NCBI GenBank assembly: GCA_017407225.1
Contig: JAFQWY010000044.1
Span: 25 to 64,024, forward strand
From: Clostridia bacterium
Lineage (GTDB): Bacteria; Bacillota; Clostridia; Oscillospirales; CAG-272
Reading direction: 5' to 3'
DNA: 64,000 bases
Below, piece after piece: positions 39,226 to 48,959 of this stretch (its first letter is position 1; every line of letters starts with the position of its first letter). The position numbers and the translations under genes are program-made. The notes under the pieces were generated by a model. The model made no database searches. It was not told the origin of the DNA and was given only the letters and a program-made list of their open reading frames with translations.

Positions 39226-41256
39226 ATGAATACAACAGGATTTCTCCCGGTGACCCCCGAAGAACTGAACGGTCAGCCGGATTTTGTGTACGTCAACGGC
39301 GATGCCTATGTGGATCATCCCTCATTCGGCGCCGCCATCATCAGCCGCGTGCTGGAAGATAAGGGATTCACCGTCGCCATGCTCTGCCAGCCCGACTGGA
39401 GAACCACCGACGATTTCAAGAAATTCGGGCGCCCCAGACTGGGATTCCTGGTTTCCGCCGGCAATATCGACTCCATGGTGGCTCACTACACCGCCGCCAA
39501 GAAGCGCAGAAGCGAGGACTACTACAGCCCCGGATGCAAGGCAGGACTGCGCCCCGACCGCGCTGTGATCACCTACTGCAACAAGATCCGGCAGGCGTAC
39601 GGCGACGTGCCGATTCTGGTGGGCGGTCTGGAGGCCAGCCTGAGACGGTTTGCCCACTACGACTACTGGGACGACAAGGTGCGCCGCTCCATTCTGGTGG
39701 ACTGCCGTGCCGATATCCTCATGTACGGCATGGGCGAGCGGACTGTGGCGCGTCTGGCGGAACTGCTGGACAAGGGCGTTCCCGTGAAGAAGATCCGCGA
39801 CGTGCGGGGTACGGCATACCTGGCCAAGCCCGGCGACAGGATCGCATTTGACTGCGCCGACGGTTTTGACGAATACGAACAGCCCAACGGCTACACCTAC
39901 GATGAGCTGAAAGAAGATAAAAACACCTACGCAAAAGCGTTCAAGACCCAGTATTGGAACAATGACGGCATATCCGGCAAGGCGATTGTGGAATACTACG
40001 ATGACCGGATGCTGGTGGTGAATCCGCCCCAGCCGCCGCTGGAACAGGAGGAGCTGGATCACGTCTACGCTCTCCCCTATATGCGCACCTACCATCCCAT
40101 GTATGAGGAGATGGGCGGTGTTCCTGCCATCACGGAAGTGAAATTCTCCATTACCCACAACCGGGGCTGCTTCGGCGGATGCAATTTCTGCGCGCTGGCA
40201 TTCCATCAGGGGCGTGCGGTACGTTCGCGGAGCATCGAATCCTGCGTGAAGGAAGCGGAAATCATCGCGAAAATGCCCGATTTCAAGGGATACATCCACG
40301 ATGTGGGAGGCCCTACCGCCAATTTCCGGAAGCCCGCCTGCGATAAACAGATCGAGAAGGGCGTGTGTCCCGGCAAGCGGTGCCTGTTCCCCAAACCCTG
40401 TCCCAATCTGAAAGCAGATCACAGCGAGTATATCCAGCTGCTGAAGCAGATCGAAGCGGTGCCCAAGGTGAAGAAGGTCTTCATCCGCTCCGGCATCCGG
40501 TTCGACTATATGCTGGCGGACAAGAACGATGCCTTCTTCAAAAAGCTGGTGCAGGATCACGTCAGCGGTCAGCTGAAGGTGGCGCCCGAGCATTGTTCAC
40601 AGGGTGTGCTGTCCCACATGGGTAAGCCCAATATCGAAGTTTACGATAAATTCCGGGAAAAGTACATGAATCTGTCGGCGGCCTGCGGGAAGGAGCAGTA
40701 TCTGGTGACCTATCTCATGTCCAGCCATCCCGGAAGCACCATGGATGACGCGGCGCGTCTGGCACTGTACACCAAGAAAATCGGTCTTGCTCCCGAGCAG
40801 GTGCAGGACTTCTATCCCACTCCCGGCACCGCATCCACGGTCATGTATTATACCGGCATCGATCCGTTCACGGGAAAGAAGGTCTACACTGCCACCGATT
40901 ACCACGAAAAGCAGCTGCAGAGAGCGCTTCTCCAGTGGCGGAAACCGGAAAACCGCCGGAAGATCTACGAAGCCATGAACTACTGCTCCGAGGAAGGTCA
41001 GGCGGATCTGAGAGAGCTTCTGGGAATGCCGAGAAATGCCGCTCCGAAGAAGGAAGAAAAGCTGCCGAAGCCCCAGCTGAACAGCAAAAACAGCGGCGCA
41101 AAGCAGAATCCGGGCAAACCCCATCCCAAAACGGGAGGGTACCCGGCGAAGAATTCCGGTAAACCCTACGGAAAGAACAATCACGGCGGCGGACACAACG
41201 GAGGAAACAAGTCCTTCAGCAGCCGCAAACCCAAGACAAACCGGAATAAAACCTGA
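39226..41256 (+). CDS. ygiQ: YgiQ-family (UPF0313) radical SAM protein
   Basis: GDAYVDHPSFGAAIISRVLE, a radical-SAM Cys cluster CFGGCNFCAL and a Lys/Gly/Asn-rich basic tail are present. The start at 39226 has AAAGGAA 7 nt upstream; the track ORF opens at 39208. Confidence 0.8.
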   Translation: MNTTGFLPVTPEELNGQPDFVYVNGDAYVDHPSFGAAIISRVLEDKGFTVAMLCQPDWRTTDDFKKFGRPRLGFLVSAGNIDSMVAHYTAAKKRRSEDYYSPGCKAGLRPDRAVITYCNKIRQAYGDVPILVGGLEASLRRFAHYDYWDDKVRRSILVDCRADILMYGMGERTVARLAELLDKGVPVKKIRDVRGTAYLAKPGDRIAFDCADGFDEYEQPNGYTYDELKEDKNTYAKAFKTQYWNNDGISGKAIVEYYDDRMLVVNPPQPPLEQEELDHVYALPYMRTYHPMYEEMGGVPAITEVKFSITHNRGCFGGCNFCALAFHQGRAVRSRSIESCVKEAEIIAKMPDFKGYIHDVGGPTANFRKPACDKQIEKGVCPGKRCLFPKPCPNLKADHSEYIQLLKQIEAVPKVKKVFIRSGIRFDYMLADKNDAFFKKLVQDHVSGQLKVAPEHCSQGVLSHMGKPNIEVYDKFREKYMNLSAACGKEQYLVTYLMSSHPGSTMDDAARLALYTKKIGLAPEQVQDFYPTPGTASTVMYYTGIDPFTGKKVYTATDYHEKQLQRALLQWRKPENRRKIYEAMNYCSEEGQADLRELLGMPRNAAPKKEEKLPKPQLNSKNSGAKQNPGKPHPKTGGYPAKNSGKPYGKNNHGGGHNGGNKSFSSRKPKTNRNKT

Positions 41257-41285
41257 GATTTTTGATAAAGAGGAGCCAACCACCC

Positions 41286-43562
41286 ATGAAAATCCTGATG
41301 GTCACCATGTCCATGAACATCGGCGGCGCGGAAACCCACATCCTTGAGCTGTGCCGGGAACTGCGGCAGATGAATCACCATGTCACACTCGCATCCTTCG
41401 GCGGCGTCTACGCGGAGGAAGCGGCACAGTGCGGTGTCGTGAATGTACAGCTGCCCCTCCATACCAAGAAGCCCGGCGCCGTTCTGGAGGCATACCGGGG
41501 ACTGGAAAAGCTGATCCGGGTGGGGAATTTCGATCTGGTTCACGCCCACGCCAGAATCCCCGCGTTCATCACGGGACTTCTGTGGGACCGCATGAAGCTG
41601 GAGGACGGCAGAAAATTCCGGTTCGTCACCACGGCGCACCTGAATTTCTCCGTGAATCCTCTGTGGCGGAAGATCTCCCGATGGGGCGAGCGTGTCATGT
41701 GCGTGTCCGAGGACATCGGCGAGTATCTGGTCAGCGAGTACGGCTTTCCCCGAGACCGGATCCACTATACCATCAACGGCGTGGACTGCGTGAAATTCTC
41801 TCCCGATGTGTCTCCCGCACCGGTGCTGGAGCAGTGGGGGCTGGATCCCTCACGCCGCAGAATCGTGTACATGAGCCGTCTGGATGCCGACCGTGCCGAT
41901 CCTGCCTACCGGCTTCTGGGCATTGCACCTGAACTTGCGGAAAAATATCCAGATACCGATCTCATCATCGTGGGCGGCGGCACCGAGCTGGAAGCAATAC
42001 AGGCCAAAGCCGGCGAAGTGAACAAAAAACTGGGTCGGAATACCGTCATTGTGACGGGAGCGGTGTCCAATACCAACGAATACTGCGCCGCGGCGGATGT
42101 ATTTGTGGGCGTGTCCCGGTCACTGCTGGAAGCCATGGCGGCGGAAAAGCCCGTCATCGCGGCAGGCAATCAGGGCTCCCTCGGCATTTTTGATGAAAGC
42201 AAGATCGCCGACGGCGTGAACACCAATTTCTGCTGCAGAGGCTTCCCTCAGGCCACGGAAGACGACCTGATGCGGGATCTGTCGGCGCTTCTTGACGCCG
42301 ATCCGGAAAAGCTTTGCGAAATGGGACGGTTCAACCGGGCGTTCATTGAAGAAAACTACACGGCGGCGCGGATGGCGAGGGATTACACAGCCATGTACGA
42401 ACAGCTGCTGGCATCTCCGGTGCCGTTCCGCGGTGACCCCGACGTGGTGGTCAGCGGATACTACGGATTCGGCAATCTGGGCGACGAGAGTCTGCTGGAT
42501 GTGATCTCGTCTTCTCTGGCGAAGGAAGTCCCCGGCGTGAAAATAGCAGCGCTGACGAAGAAGCCGAAGGCGGATGCGCCCCGTACCGGTCTGATGTGCG
42601 TGAGCCGGTTCCGCTTTCCGAAAGTATGGCGGATCATCGGCAAGTCAAAGCTGCTGATCTCCGGCGGCGGCAGTCTCCTGCAGGATATCACCAGCAAACG
42701 GAGCCTCACCTATTACGCATGGGTCATCCGGGCTGCGGAACGGCAGAAGACCAGGGTAGCGGTGCTTGCAAACGGCATCGGACCCATCACTTACCCCTCC
42801 AATGAAAAGCTGACCGCGAAGGTGATTTCCGCAGCGGATGAGGTTTCCGTCCGTGACTGCGATTCCGGGACCGAGCTGATCCGCATCGGGGTGGATCCCG
42901 GAAAAATCCGCATCAGTGCCGATCCAGCGTTCCTGATCCGTCCGGCGGATGAGGATGCGGTGGCAAAAACCATGGCGGCTCTGGGTGTAAAAGGCGGATT
43001 CTTTGCGGTTTCCGTCCGTCCCCTCGGCAAACCGGATGAGGACGCGGCGGAGAATCAGCAGGTGATCCGTGAAACTGCCTCTGCCTGCGGTGCTCTTGCG
43101 GAGCGGTACGGCCTGACACCGGTGATTATTCCCATGCAGGAGGTGCAGGACGGCAGAATCTGCGAGAGCCTGTGCGATATGCTGAAGGATCACGGAGCGG
43201 TGATCTATCGTCCCGGAAACGCTTCTCTCCTGATCGGAGTCCTCGCCCATGCACAGATGGTCATGGGGATGCGCCTGCATCTGGTGATTTTCGCGTCGTC
43301 CGCAGGCGTGCCGGTGATCGGTCTGTCCTACGACCCCAAGGTGAATTCCATGCTCCGTCAGCTGGGGCAGGAGCACTGTGTGGATCTGGTGGGCCGGAAG
43401 AAGCGGAAGGATTTTGCCGGACTGGCTGAGGAAATCGTGAACCACGCCGACAGTGTGATGGCTGACCGGGATGCAATCGGGAAACTGCTGGCAGCAAAAG
43501 CGGAAGAGATGCGGACAAGGTGCCGCGAAGACTTTGCCCGGATCCGGGAAATGATCAAATAA
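41286..43562 (+). CDS. csaB: Fusion protein: GT4 glycosyltransferase (N-terminal) plus polysaccharide pyruvyl transferase CsaB (C-terminal)
   Basis: The N-terminus MKILMVTMSMNIGGAETHILEL is GT4-like. From about aa 385, VVVSGYYGFGNLGDESLL ... LLISGGGSLLQDITS ... ANGIGP are CsaB/PS_pyruv_trans motifs. Confidence 0.75.
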   Translation: MKILMVTMSMNIGGAETHILELCRELRQMNHHVTLASFGGVYAEEAAQCGVVNVQLPLHTKKPGAVLEAYRGLEKLIRVGNFDLVHAHARIPAFITGLLWDRMKLEDGRKFRFVTTAHLNFSVNPLWRKISRWGERVMCVSEDIGEYLVSEYGFPRDRIHYTINGVDCVKFSPDVSPAPVLEQWGLDPSRRRIVYMSRLDADRADPAYRLLGIAPELAEKYPDTDLIIVGGGTELEAIQAKAGEVNKKLGRNTVIVTGAVSNTNEYCAAADVFVGVSRSLLEAMAAEKPVIAAGNQGSLGIFDESKIADGVNTNFCCRGFPQATEDDLMRDLSALLDADPEKLCEMGRFNRAFIEENYTAARMARDYTAMYEQLLASPVPFRGDPDVVVSGYYGFGNLGDESLLDVISSSLAKEVPGVKIAALTKKPKADAPRTGLMCVSRFRFPKVWRIIGKSKLLISGGGSLLQDITSKRSLTYYAWVIRAAERQKTRVAVLANGIGPITYPSNEKLTAKVISAADEVSVRDCDSGTELIRIGVDPGKIRISADPAFLIRPADEDAVAKTMAALGVKGGFFAVSVRPLGKPDEDAAENQQVIRETASACGALAERYGLTPVIIPMQEVQDGRICESLCDMLKDHGAVIYRPGNASLLIGVLAHAQMVMGMRLHLVIFASSAGVPVIGLSYDPKVNSMLRQLGQEHCVDLVGRKKRKDFAGLAEEIVNHADSVMADRDAIGKLLAAKAEEMRTRCREDFARIREMIK

Positions 43563-43568
43563 CAGAAA

Positions 43569-43619
43569 AAATCCCCCTCACGGGATCATGGCAGTCATGA
43601 TAACCGAAGAGGGGGATTT
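43569..43619. terminator. Long hairpin between convergent genes
   Basis: AAATCCCCCTC pairs with GAGGGGGATTT, with an inner ATCATG/CATGAT helix. It is followed by GTGTTTG. Confidence 0.5.
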
Positions 43620-43647
43620 GTGTTTGATATCGGAATTGGTACGCGGC

Positions 43648-44640
43648 TTACCGTTCTTCGCGGAAGTACGCCAGACCGAGGGATGCCGGAGGCTGGGATT
43701 CACGCTTGCGGCGGAGGCTGACCGCAACCAGAACGAAGATGGTTACCAGATAGGGAATCATCTGGTACAGGCTGGAGGTACGTTCCACGTTGGTCATGCC
43801 GAGAAGCTTGGGAAGGAAGTTGTACAGCCAGTAGAGGGCACCGAAGAGGTATGCACCCCAGATGGCATTGAGAGGACGCCATGTGGTGAAGATAACCAGT
43901 GCGACCGCCAGCCAGCCCAGCGCTTCCACCTGACCGGAGGTTGCCCAGATGCCGTTGTTGTAGTCCACGACGTAGTACAGACCGCCGATGCCGGAGATGC
44001 CTGCACCGATGGTGGTGGCAAGGTACTTGTACTTGGTTACGTTGATGCCGGCTGCGTCCGCGGTTGCCGGGTTTTCACCGACGGCGCGGAGATTCAGACC
44101 GGATCTGGTCTTGTTCAGGAAGAAGTGGAGAATCACTGCCAGAACGATTGCGAAATACGCCAGGAAGCCGTAGGAGAAGAGTGCCTCGCCCACCACGGGA
44201 ATTGCGGACAGACCGGGGATCTTCGCGGTGAAGGCGGCGTTGGTCACGGGAGCGGCGGTGTAAACCTCACCCTTCAGCATCAGAGCGCCGAAGAAGTTGG
44301 CAACGCCCATACCGAAGGTGGTCAGGGCAAGACCGGTTACGTTCTGGTTGGCGCGGAGGGTAATGGTCAGGAAGCTGTAGATCAGACCGCCCAGAGCCGC
44401 TGCCGCGAATGCTGCGATCATGGCAAGAAGGATGCATACAAAGCCGGAGGGATTTGCAGCCATGTTTTCGTAGGTGTAGGCGGAGGCAAATCCGGCGAAG
44501 CTGCCCAGATACATGATGCCCGGTACGCCCAGATTCAGGTTGCCGGATTTTTCCGTCAGGATTTCACCCATGGAGCCGAACATGATGATGGTGCCGAACT
44601 GAACCGCACGAAGAATCCATGCAATAATACTTGCTGTCAT
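43648..44640 (-). CDS. ABC transporter permease (BMP/nucleoside-type, NupQ/RnsD-like)
   Basis: A 330-aa polytopic protein. GEILTEKSGNLNLGVPGIM is typical of BPD_transp_2 permeases. It is the last gene of the operon. Confidence 0.8.
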   Translation of the reverse strand: MTASIIAWILRAVQFGTIIMFGSMGEILTEKSGNLNLGVPGIMYLGSFAGFASAYTYENMAANPSGFVCILLAMIAAFAAAALGGLIYSFLTITLRANQNVTGLALTTFGMGVANFFGALMLKGEVYTAAPVTNAAFTAKIPGLSAIPVVGEALFSYGFLAYFAIVLAVILHFFLNKTRSGLNLRAVGENPATADAAGINVTKYKYLATTIGAGISGIGGLYYVVDYNNGIWATSGQVEALGWLAVALVIFTTWRPLNAIWGAYLFGALYWLYNFLPKLLGMTNVERTSSLYQMIPYLVTIFVLVAVSLRRKRESQPPASLGLAYFREER

Positions 44641-45770
44641 GCTGCCTTTCCTCCTTCGTTTTCAGTCTTTTTGGATCGGAAAATCATTTTGTAGTTGATG
44701 AAGAATTCACTGCCGAGAATGCAGAAGAGAATGATGCCGGAGATGATATCCGCGATGTATTCGTTCAGACCGTAGGTGGAAGCGATCTGACCCGCGCCCT
44801 TTTCCAGGAATACCAGCAGGAAGGAGATCAGCGCCATGGTGAAGGTGTTGAACTTGGCCAGCCATGCGACGATGATGGCGGTGAAGCCGTTTCCGGCAGC
44901 GGTGTTGGTGGAGATGGTGTGCTGGTTGCCGGCTACGGTGATGAAGCCGCAGAGGCCGCAGATGGCACCGCTGATCAGCATGGTGCGGATGGTCACTTTT
45001 CTGACGTCGATCCCTGCGTAGCGGGCGGTCTTTTCGGATTCGCCCACAACGGAAATTTCGTAGCCGTGCTTGGTGTATTTCAGGTAAACATACATCAGCA
45101 CCGTGAGAATCACGACGATGATGATGTTCAGGGTGAAGTCGTAGCCGAAGATCCGGGGGAACCAGCCGATTCGGGTACCCATGTTGATGGTTCCCAGAGA
45201 GGACTGCTGACCGCGGAGAATGTTGGTGGTGAATGCGACAAGCTGGATGGCAACATAGTTCATCATCAGGGTGAACAGGGTTTCGTTGGTGTTCCAGTTT
45301 GCCTTGAAGAATGCCGGGAAGAAGCTCCACAGCGCACCTGCCAGAATGGAGGTGAGGAGCATTACGGCGAAGAGGAGAACGGTGGGCAGCTTCTGACCCA
45401 GGAACAGCATACACATAGCCGTTGCAAAGCCGCCCATGAGCACCTGACCTTCCGCGCCGATGTTCCAGAAACGCATTTTGAATGCCGGTGCCAGCGCGAT
45501 GCCGATGCACAGCAGGGATACCAGGTCACGGAGCGTCCACATGAAACGCATGGGAGTCAGGAAGGTGGCAAGGAAAATTTCACCGTACACTTCCAGAGGA
45601 TTCAGCCCCGTTACCAGAACGATGAAGAGCGCGTCAATGATGAGAGCCGCCAGAATCGCTCCGGAGTAGACCATGACCTTCTTTTTCAGAGGAACCGCGT
45701 CCCGCTTGGCAAGACGGATCAGAGGTTCCGCGTGGGTTCTTACGTTTTCCGCCTTATTCATGAGCCGCAC
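44637..45770 (-). CDS. ABC transporter permease (NupP/RnsC-like)
   Basis: A 377-aa polytopic protein. FWNIGAEGQ is typical of BPD_transp_2. Its stop overlaps the next start by 4 nt. Confidence 0.8.
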   Translation of the reverse strand: MRLMNKAENVRTHAEPLIRLAKRDAVPLKKKVMVYSGAILAALIIDALFIVLVTGLNPLEVYGEIFLATFLTPMRFMWTLRDLVSLLCIGIALAPAFKMRFWNIGAEGQVLMGGFATAMCMLFLGQKLPTVLLFAVMLLTSILAGALWSFFPAFFKANWNTNETLFTLMMNYVAIQLVAFTTNILRGQQSSLGTINMGTRIGWFPRIFGYDFTLNIIIVVILTVLMYVYLKYTKHGYEISVVGESEKTARYAGIDVRKVTIRTMLISGAICGLCGFITVAGNQHTISTNTAAGNGFTAIIVAWLAKFNTFTMALISFLLVFLEKGAGQIASTYGLNEYIADIISGIILFCILGSEFFINYKMIFRSKKTENEGGKAA

Positions 45771-47292
45771 CTCCGTTGTTTGTTTTGGTCATCAGCAGAC
45801 CGATGCTTTCCTTGGTGGCAGTCCGGCCGTCCACGATGCCGGTGACTTCGCCTGCGCAGAGAACCATGATCCGGTCGCACAGGTCAATGAGAACGTCAAG
45901 GTCTTCGCCGACGTAGATGACGGCAACGCCCTTTGCCTTCTGTTCGTTCAGAAGATGATAGATCTGATAGGATGTACCGATGTCAAGACCGCGTACCGCG
46001 TATGCTGTCATGAGCACTGCGGGAGCCGCTGCAATTTCGCGTCCCACCAGAACCTTCTGCACGTTGCCGCCGGAAAGTCTGCGGACGGGGGTGTTGATGG
46101 AGGGCGTCACAACCGCAAGGTCGTCCTTGATGTTGTCTGCCAGATCCTTGGGGGCTTTCCGTTCCACGAAGAAGGAATTGCCGTCCTCGTAGGACTTGAG
46201 CATCATGTTGTCGGTCATGCCCATGGAAGCGACCAGACCCATGCCCAGACGGTCTTCGGGAACGAAGGACAGGTGAATGCCCAGCTCCTTGATCTGACGG
46301 GGGGTAAGACCGATGAGCTTCTTCGGCTGATTGTTGTCGTCGGGGTCGTAGTATTCGATATCCGCATCGGCACCGGTTATCTGCAGACCGGCGATGGCTT
46401 CCAGAAGTTCCTTCTGACCGCAGCCGGAGATGCCCGCGATGCCGAGGATTTCGCCGCCGTAGAGGTCGAAGGAGACATTCTTCAGCACGGGAACATCTTC
46501 CGCACCGAGAACGGACAGATTGTTGACGCTGAGACGCTTGACGGGGTTGACGGGCAGGGGACGGTCGATGTTGAGGGTGACCTTCTTGCCCACCATCATT
46601 TCGGTGAGGGAAAGCTCGGTGGAGTCCCTGGTTTCCACGGTGCCGATGTATTCGCCCTTGCGGAGGATGGAGACACGGTCGGAAACGTCAAGCACTTCGT
46701 GGAGCTTGTGGGTGATGATGACAACGGCTTTTCCGTCCTTTTTCATTTCCCGCATGACCTGGAACAGCTTCTGGGTTTCCTGCGGGGTGAGAACGGCGGT
46801 GGGCTCGTCCAGGATGAGGATATCCGCGCCGCGGTAGAGAACCTTCACGATTTCCAGAGTCTGCTTCTGGGAGACGGACATCTCGTAGACCTTCTGTTCG
46901 GGGGTGATATCGAAGCCGTAGCGGTCGCAGATTTCCCGGACCTTGTCGGATACGGATTTCATATCCAGCTTGCCCTTGCCGGGGAGACCGAGGATGATGT
47001 TTTCCGCAGCGGTGAACACGTCGACCAGCTTGAAGTGCTGATGGATCATACCGATGCCGAGAGCGAAGGCGTCGCCGGGGGAGGAGATGGTGACTTCTCT
47101 GCCGCCCACGAAGACCTGACCGCCGTCGGGGTAATAGATGCCGGAGAGGATGTTCATCAGGGTGGTTTTGCCGCTGCCGTTTTCGCCCAGCAGGGAGAGA
47201 ATCTCGCCGTAGCGGATGGAGAGATTCACATTTCTATTCGCCACAACCTCGCCGAACGTCTTTGTGATATTCACAAGTTTGATTGCGTCCAT
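45754..47292 (-). CDS. ABC transporter ATP-binding protein with duplicated ATPase domains (NupO/RnsB-like)
   Basis: Walker A GENGSGKTT, LSVSQKQ, Walker B ILILDEPT and a second cassette with LSGGNVQK are present. Confidence 0.85.
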   Translation of the reverse strand: MDAIKLVNITKTFGEVVANRNVNLSIRYGEILSLLGENGSGKTTLMNILSGIYYPDGGQVFVGGREVTISSPGDAFALGIGMIHQHFKLVDVFTAAENIILGLPGKGKLDMKSVSDKVREICDRYGFDITPEQKVYEMSVSQKQTLEIVKVLYRGADILILDEPTAVLTPQETQKLFQVMREMKKDGKAVVIITHKLHEVLDVSDRVSILRKGEYIGTVETRDSTELSLTEMMVGKKVTLNIDRPLPVNPVKRLSVNNLSVLGAEDVPVLKNVSFDLYGGEILGIAGISGCGQKELLEAIAGLQITGADADIEYYDPDDNNQPKKLIGLTPRQIKELGIHLSFVPEDRLGMGLVASMGMTDNMMLKSYEDGNSFFVERKAPKDLADNIKDDLAVVTPSINTPVRRLSGGNVQKVLVGREIAAAPAVLMTAYAVRGLDIGTSYQIYHLLNEQKAKGVAVIYVGEDLDVLIDLCDRIMVLCAGEVTGIVDGRTATKESIGLLMTKTNNGGAAHE

Positions 47293-47380
47293 GGATGATT
47301 TGGTACTCCTTATTGTATATAAAAGACGGAATTGTTTTCGGAATTATAAAAAACGGAAGAAACAGAGGGGGAATAAAATC

Positions 47381-47419
47381 CAAAACAAGGGAAAGCCATA
47401 ATTTATACAGCCTTCCCTT
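47381..47419 (-). terminator. Intra-operon hairpin after the SBP gene (partial terminator)
   Basis: On the minus-strand RNA, AAGGGAAGGC pairs with GCTTTCCCTT; the single non-Watson-Crick pair is G-U only on this strand. GUUUUG follows. Confidence 0.5.
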
Positions 47420-47452
47420 CGTTTTCGGAGTTACGCAGAACGCGCAGCTTTA

Positions 47453-48742
47453 TTACTTTTCAAGAATACCGTCGATTCTGATGGAGAAGTAAGGTGCACT
47501 TCTGAAGGTGGATTCAACAAATGCGCCGTCCTTGATGCATTCAACAACTTCGCCCTGATATACAACGGTACCGGTACCGAAGTCGATGAAGGAGGTGTCA
47601 ACCTTGCAGGAGGTTACGTGGCCTTCAGCGTCGGTTTCAACGGTGCAGAAGCCCTGATCAGCGGATACGGTGAACTTGGAGGTATCGAATACCTTGATGG
47701 AGCCGTCCTTGATGCCTGCGATAACTTCTTCAACCTTTTCAGCGGTGCCGGGAGCGCAGGAAGAACCGAGAGCGGTGATGGAAACACCGTCATCAGCGTA
47801 GCCCATTGCCAGGTCTGCAGGGAAGTCGGTACCGTCCATGACGGACTTGAAGAGCTGAGCGTAGAACTTGGACCAGGTGTTGGTGGGGGAAGTGAGAGCC
47901 GCGGTGGGAGCGGTTGCCAGCATATCGATGTTGTAGCCTACGGAGTAGCAGATTCTGCCGGAATCCAGCAGCTTCTGGGTAGCGGAGGGAGCGCCGGTGG
48001 AGTCTGCATGCTGACCGATGATAACGCAGCCGTTAGCGATGAGAGCTTCAGCGGCAGCAGCTTCCTTGTCGATATCGAACCAGGAGCTGGTGTAGTTGAC
48101 TTCCATTACAACATTGGGAACGATGGAACGAACGCCGAGGAAGAATGCGGTGTAGCCGGAAACAACTTCTGCGTAGTTGAAAGCGCCTACATAACCGATC
48201 TTGACGTTGCCGTCAGCGTCGAAGGAGTCGGGCTGGGTATCCTTGGTGAGGGTGCCGTCGGAGAGGAGCTGCTGGAGCTTCAGACCTGCAACAACGCCGG
48301 ATACGTAACGTGCTTCGTAAACCTTGGTGAAGCCGTTCTTGAAGTTGTCAAGACCGGAAATTGCAGCGAAGTCACCGGTCATGGATACGAAGGTTACGTC
48401 GGGGTGGGATTCTGCAGCCTGTACCATGTAGGACTGGTGGCCGTAGGAGTTGGAGATGATGAGGGAGCAGCCCTGACCGACAAGGTCGGTTGCAGCGTCG
48501 AGACATGCGGAAGTTTCGGAGATGGTGTACTTCCAGATGATCTGGCTGTCAGCGATGCCCATTTCCTTTGCGGCACCGGAAATACCATCCATGTGAGCCT
48601 TGGTGTAGCCTTCGGTTTCGTCACCGACCAGGATAACACCGATCTTCAGATCGCCTGCAGCGGATGTGCAGGAAGTGAAAGCACCCGCAACGGTAACGAG
48701 CATCAGCATAGCCATTACCAGTGCGGCAATTTTCTTGAACAT
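47453..48742 (-). CDS. BMP-family (PnrA/Med-like) ABC transporter substrate-binding lipoprotein
   Basis: Lipobox FTSCTS. KIGVILVGDETEGYTKAHMDGI is typical of the Bmp family. AGGAGG RBS is present. Confidence 0.8.
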   Translation of the reverse strand: MFKKIAALVMAMLMLVTVAGAFTSCTSAAGDLKIGVILVGDETEGYTKAHMDGISGAAKEMGIADSQIIWKYTISETSACLDAATDLVGQGCSLIISNSYGHQSYMVQAAESHPDVTFVSMTGDFAAISGLDNFKNGFTKVYEARYVSGVVAGLKLQQLLSDGTLTKDTQPDSFDADGNVKIGYVGAFNYAEVVSGYTAFFLGVRSIVPNVVMEVNYTSSWFDIDKEAAAAEALIANGCVIIGQHADSTGAPSATQKLLDSGRICYSVGYNIDMLATAPTAALTSPTNTWSKFYAQLFKSVMDGTDFPADLAMGYADDGVSITALGSSCAPGTAEKVEEVIAGIKDGSIKVFDTSKFTVSADQGFCTVETDAEGHVTSCKVDTSFIDFGTGTVVYQGEVVECIKDGAFVESTFRSAPYFSIRIDGILEK

Positions 48743-48839
48743 TTTTCTGTTCCTCCTGAATTTTTTTGTTTTTATCTTGATCCCAGCTGAGTGGGTTCAG
48801 ATCGATTTTTGCGGGGGGATTACGCGGCTATAATGAATC

Positions 48840-48947
48840 GATTTCCGCAAGGAAATCAACCTTAACTGCCGCAGGCAATTTCACTTTCCGCAGGAAAATT
48901 TCACGCTGCGAAGCAGTATTTCACTCACCGCAGGTGAATTTCACTCT
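48840..48947 (-). repeat. Palindrome plus four 20-bp-period direct repeats (minus-strand unit GTGAAATTnnCCTGCGG)
   Basis: ATTTCAC recurs at 48878, 48898, 48918 and 48938, exactly 20 nt apart. CCGCAGG-like cores lie at 48845, 48869, 48888, 48908 and 48928. The palindrome GATTTCC-GCAA-GGAAATC is at 48840-48857. Confidence 0.85.
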
Positions 48948-48959
48948 CTCCTCCGGGGG

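Noticed and set aside
48845-48947. A CRISPR-like appearance of regularly spaced repeats
   Set aside because: The units are contiguous 20-mers with no unique spacers, there are only about 5 copies, and there are no cas genes. This is a tandem direct-repeat or operator array, not CRISPR.
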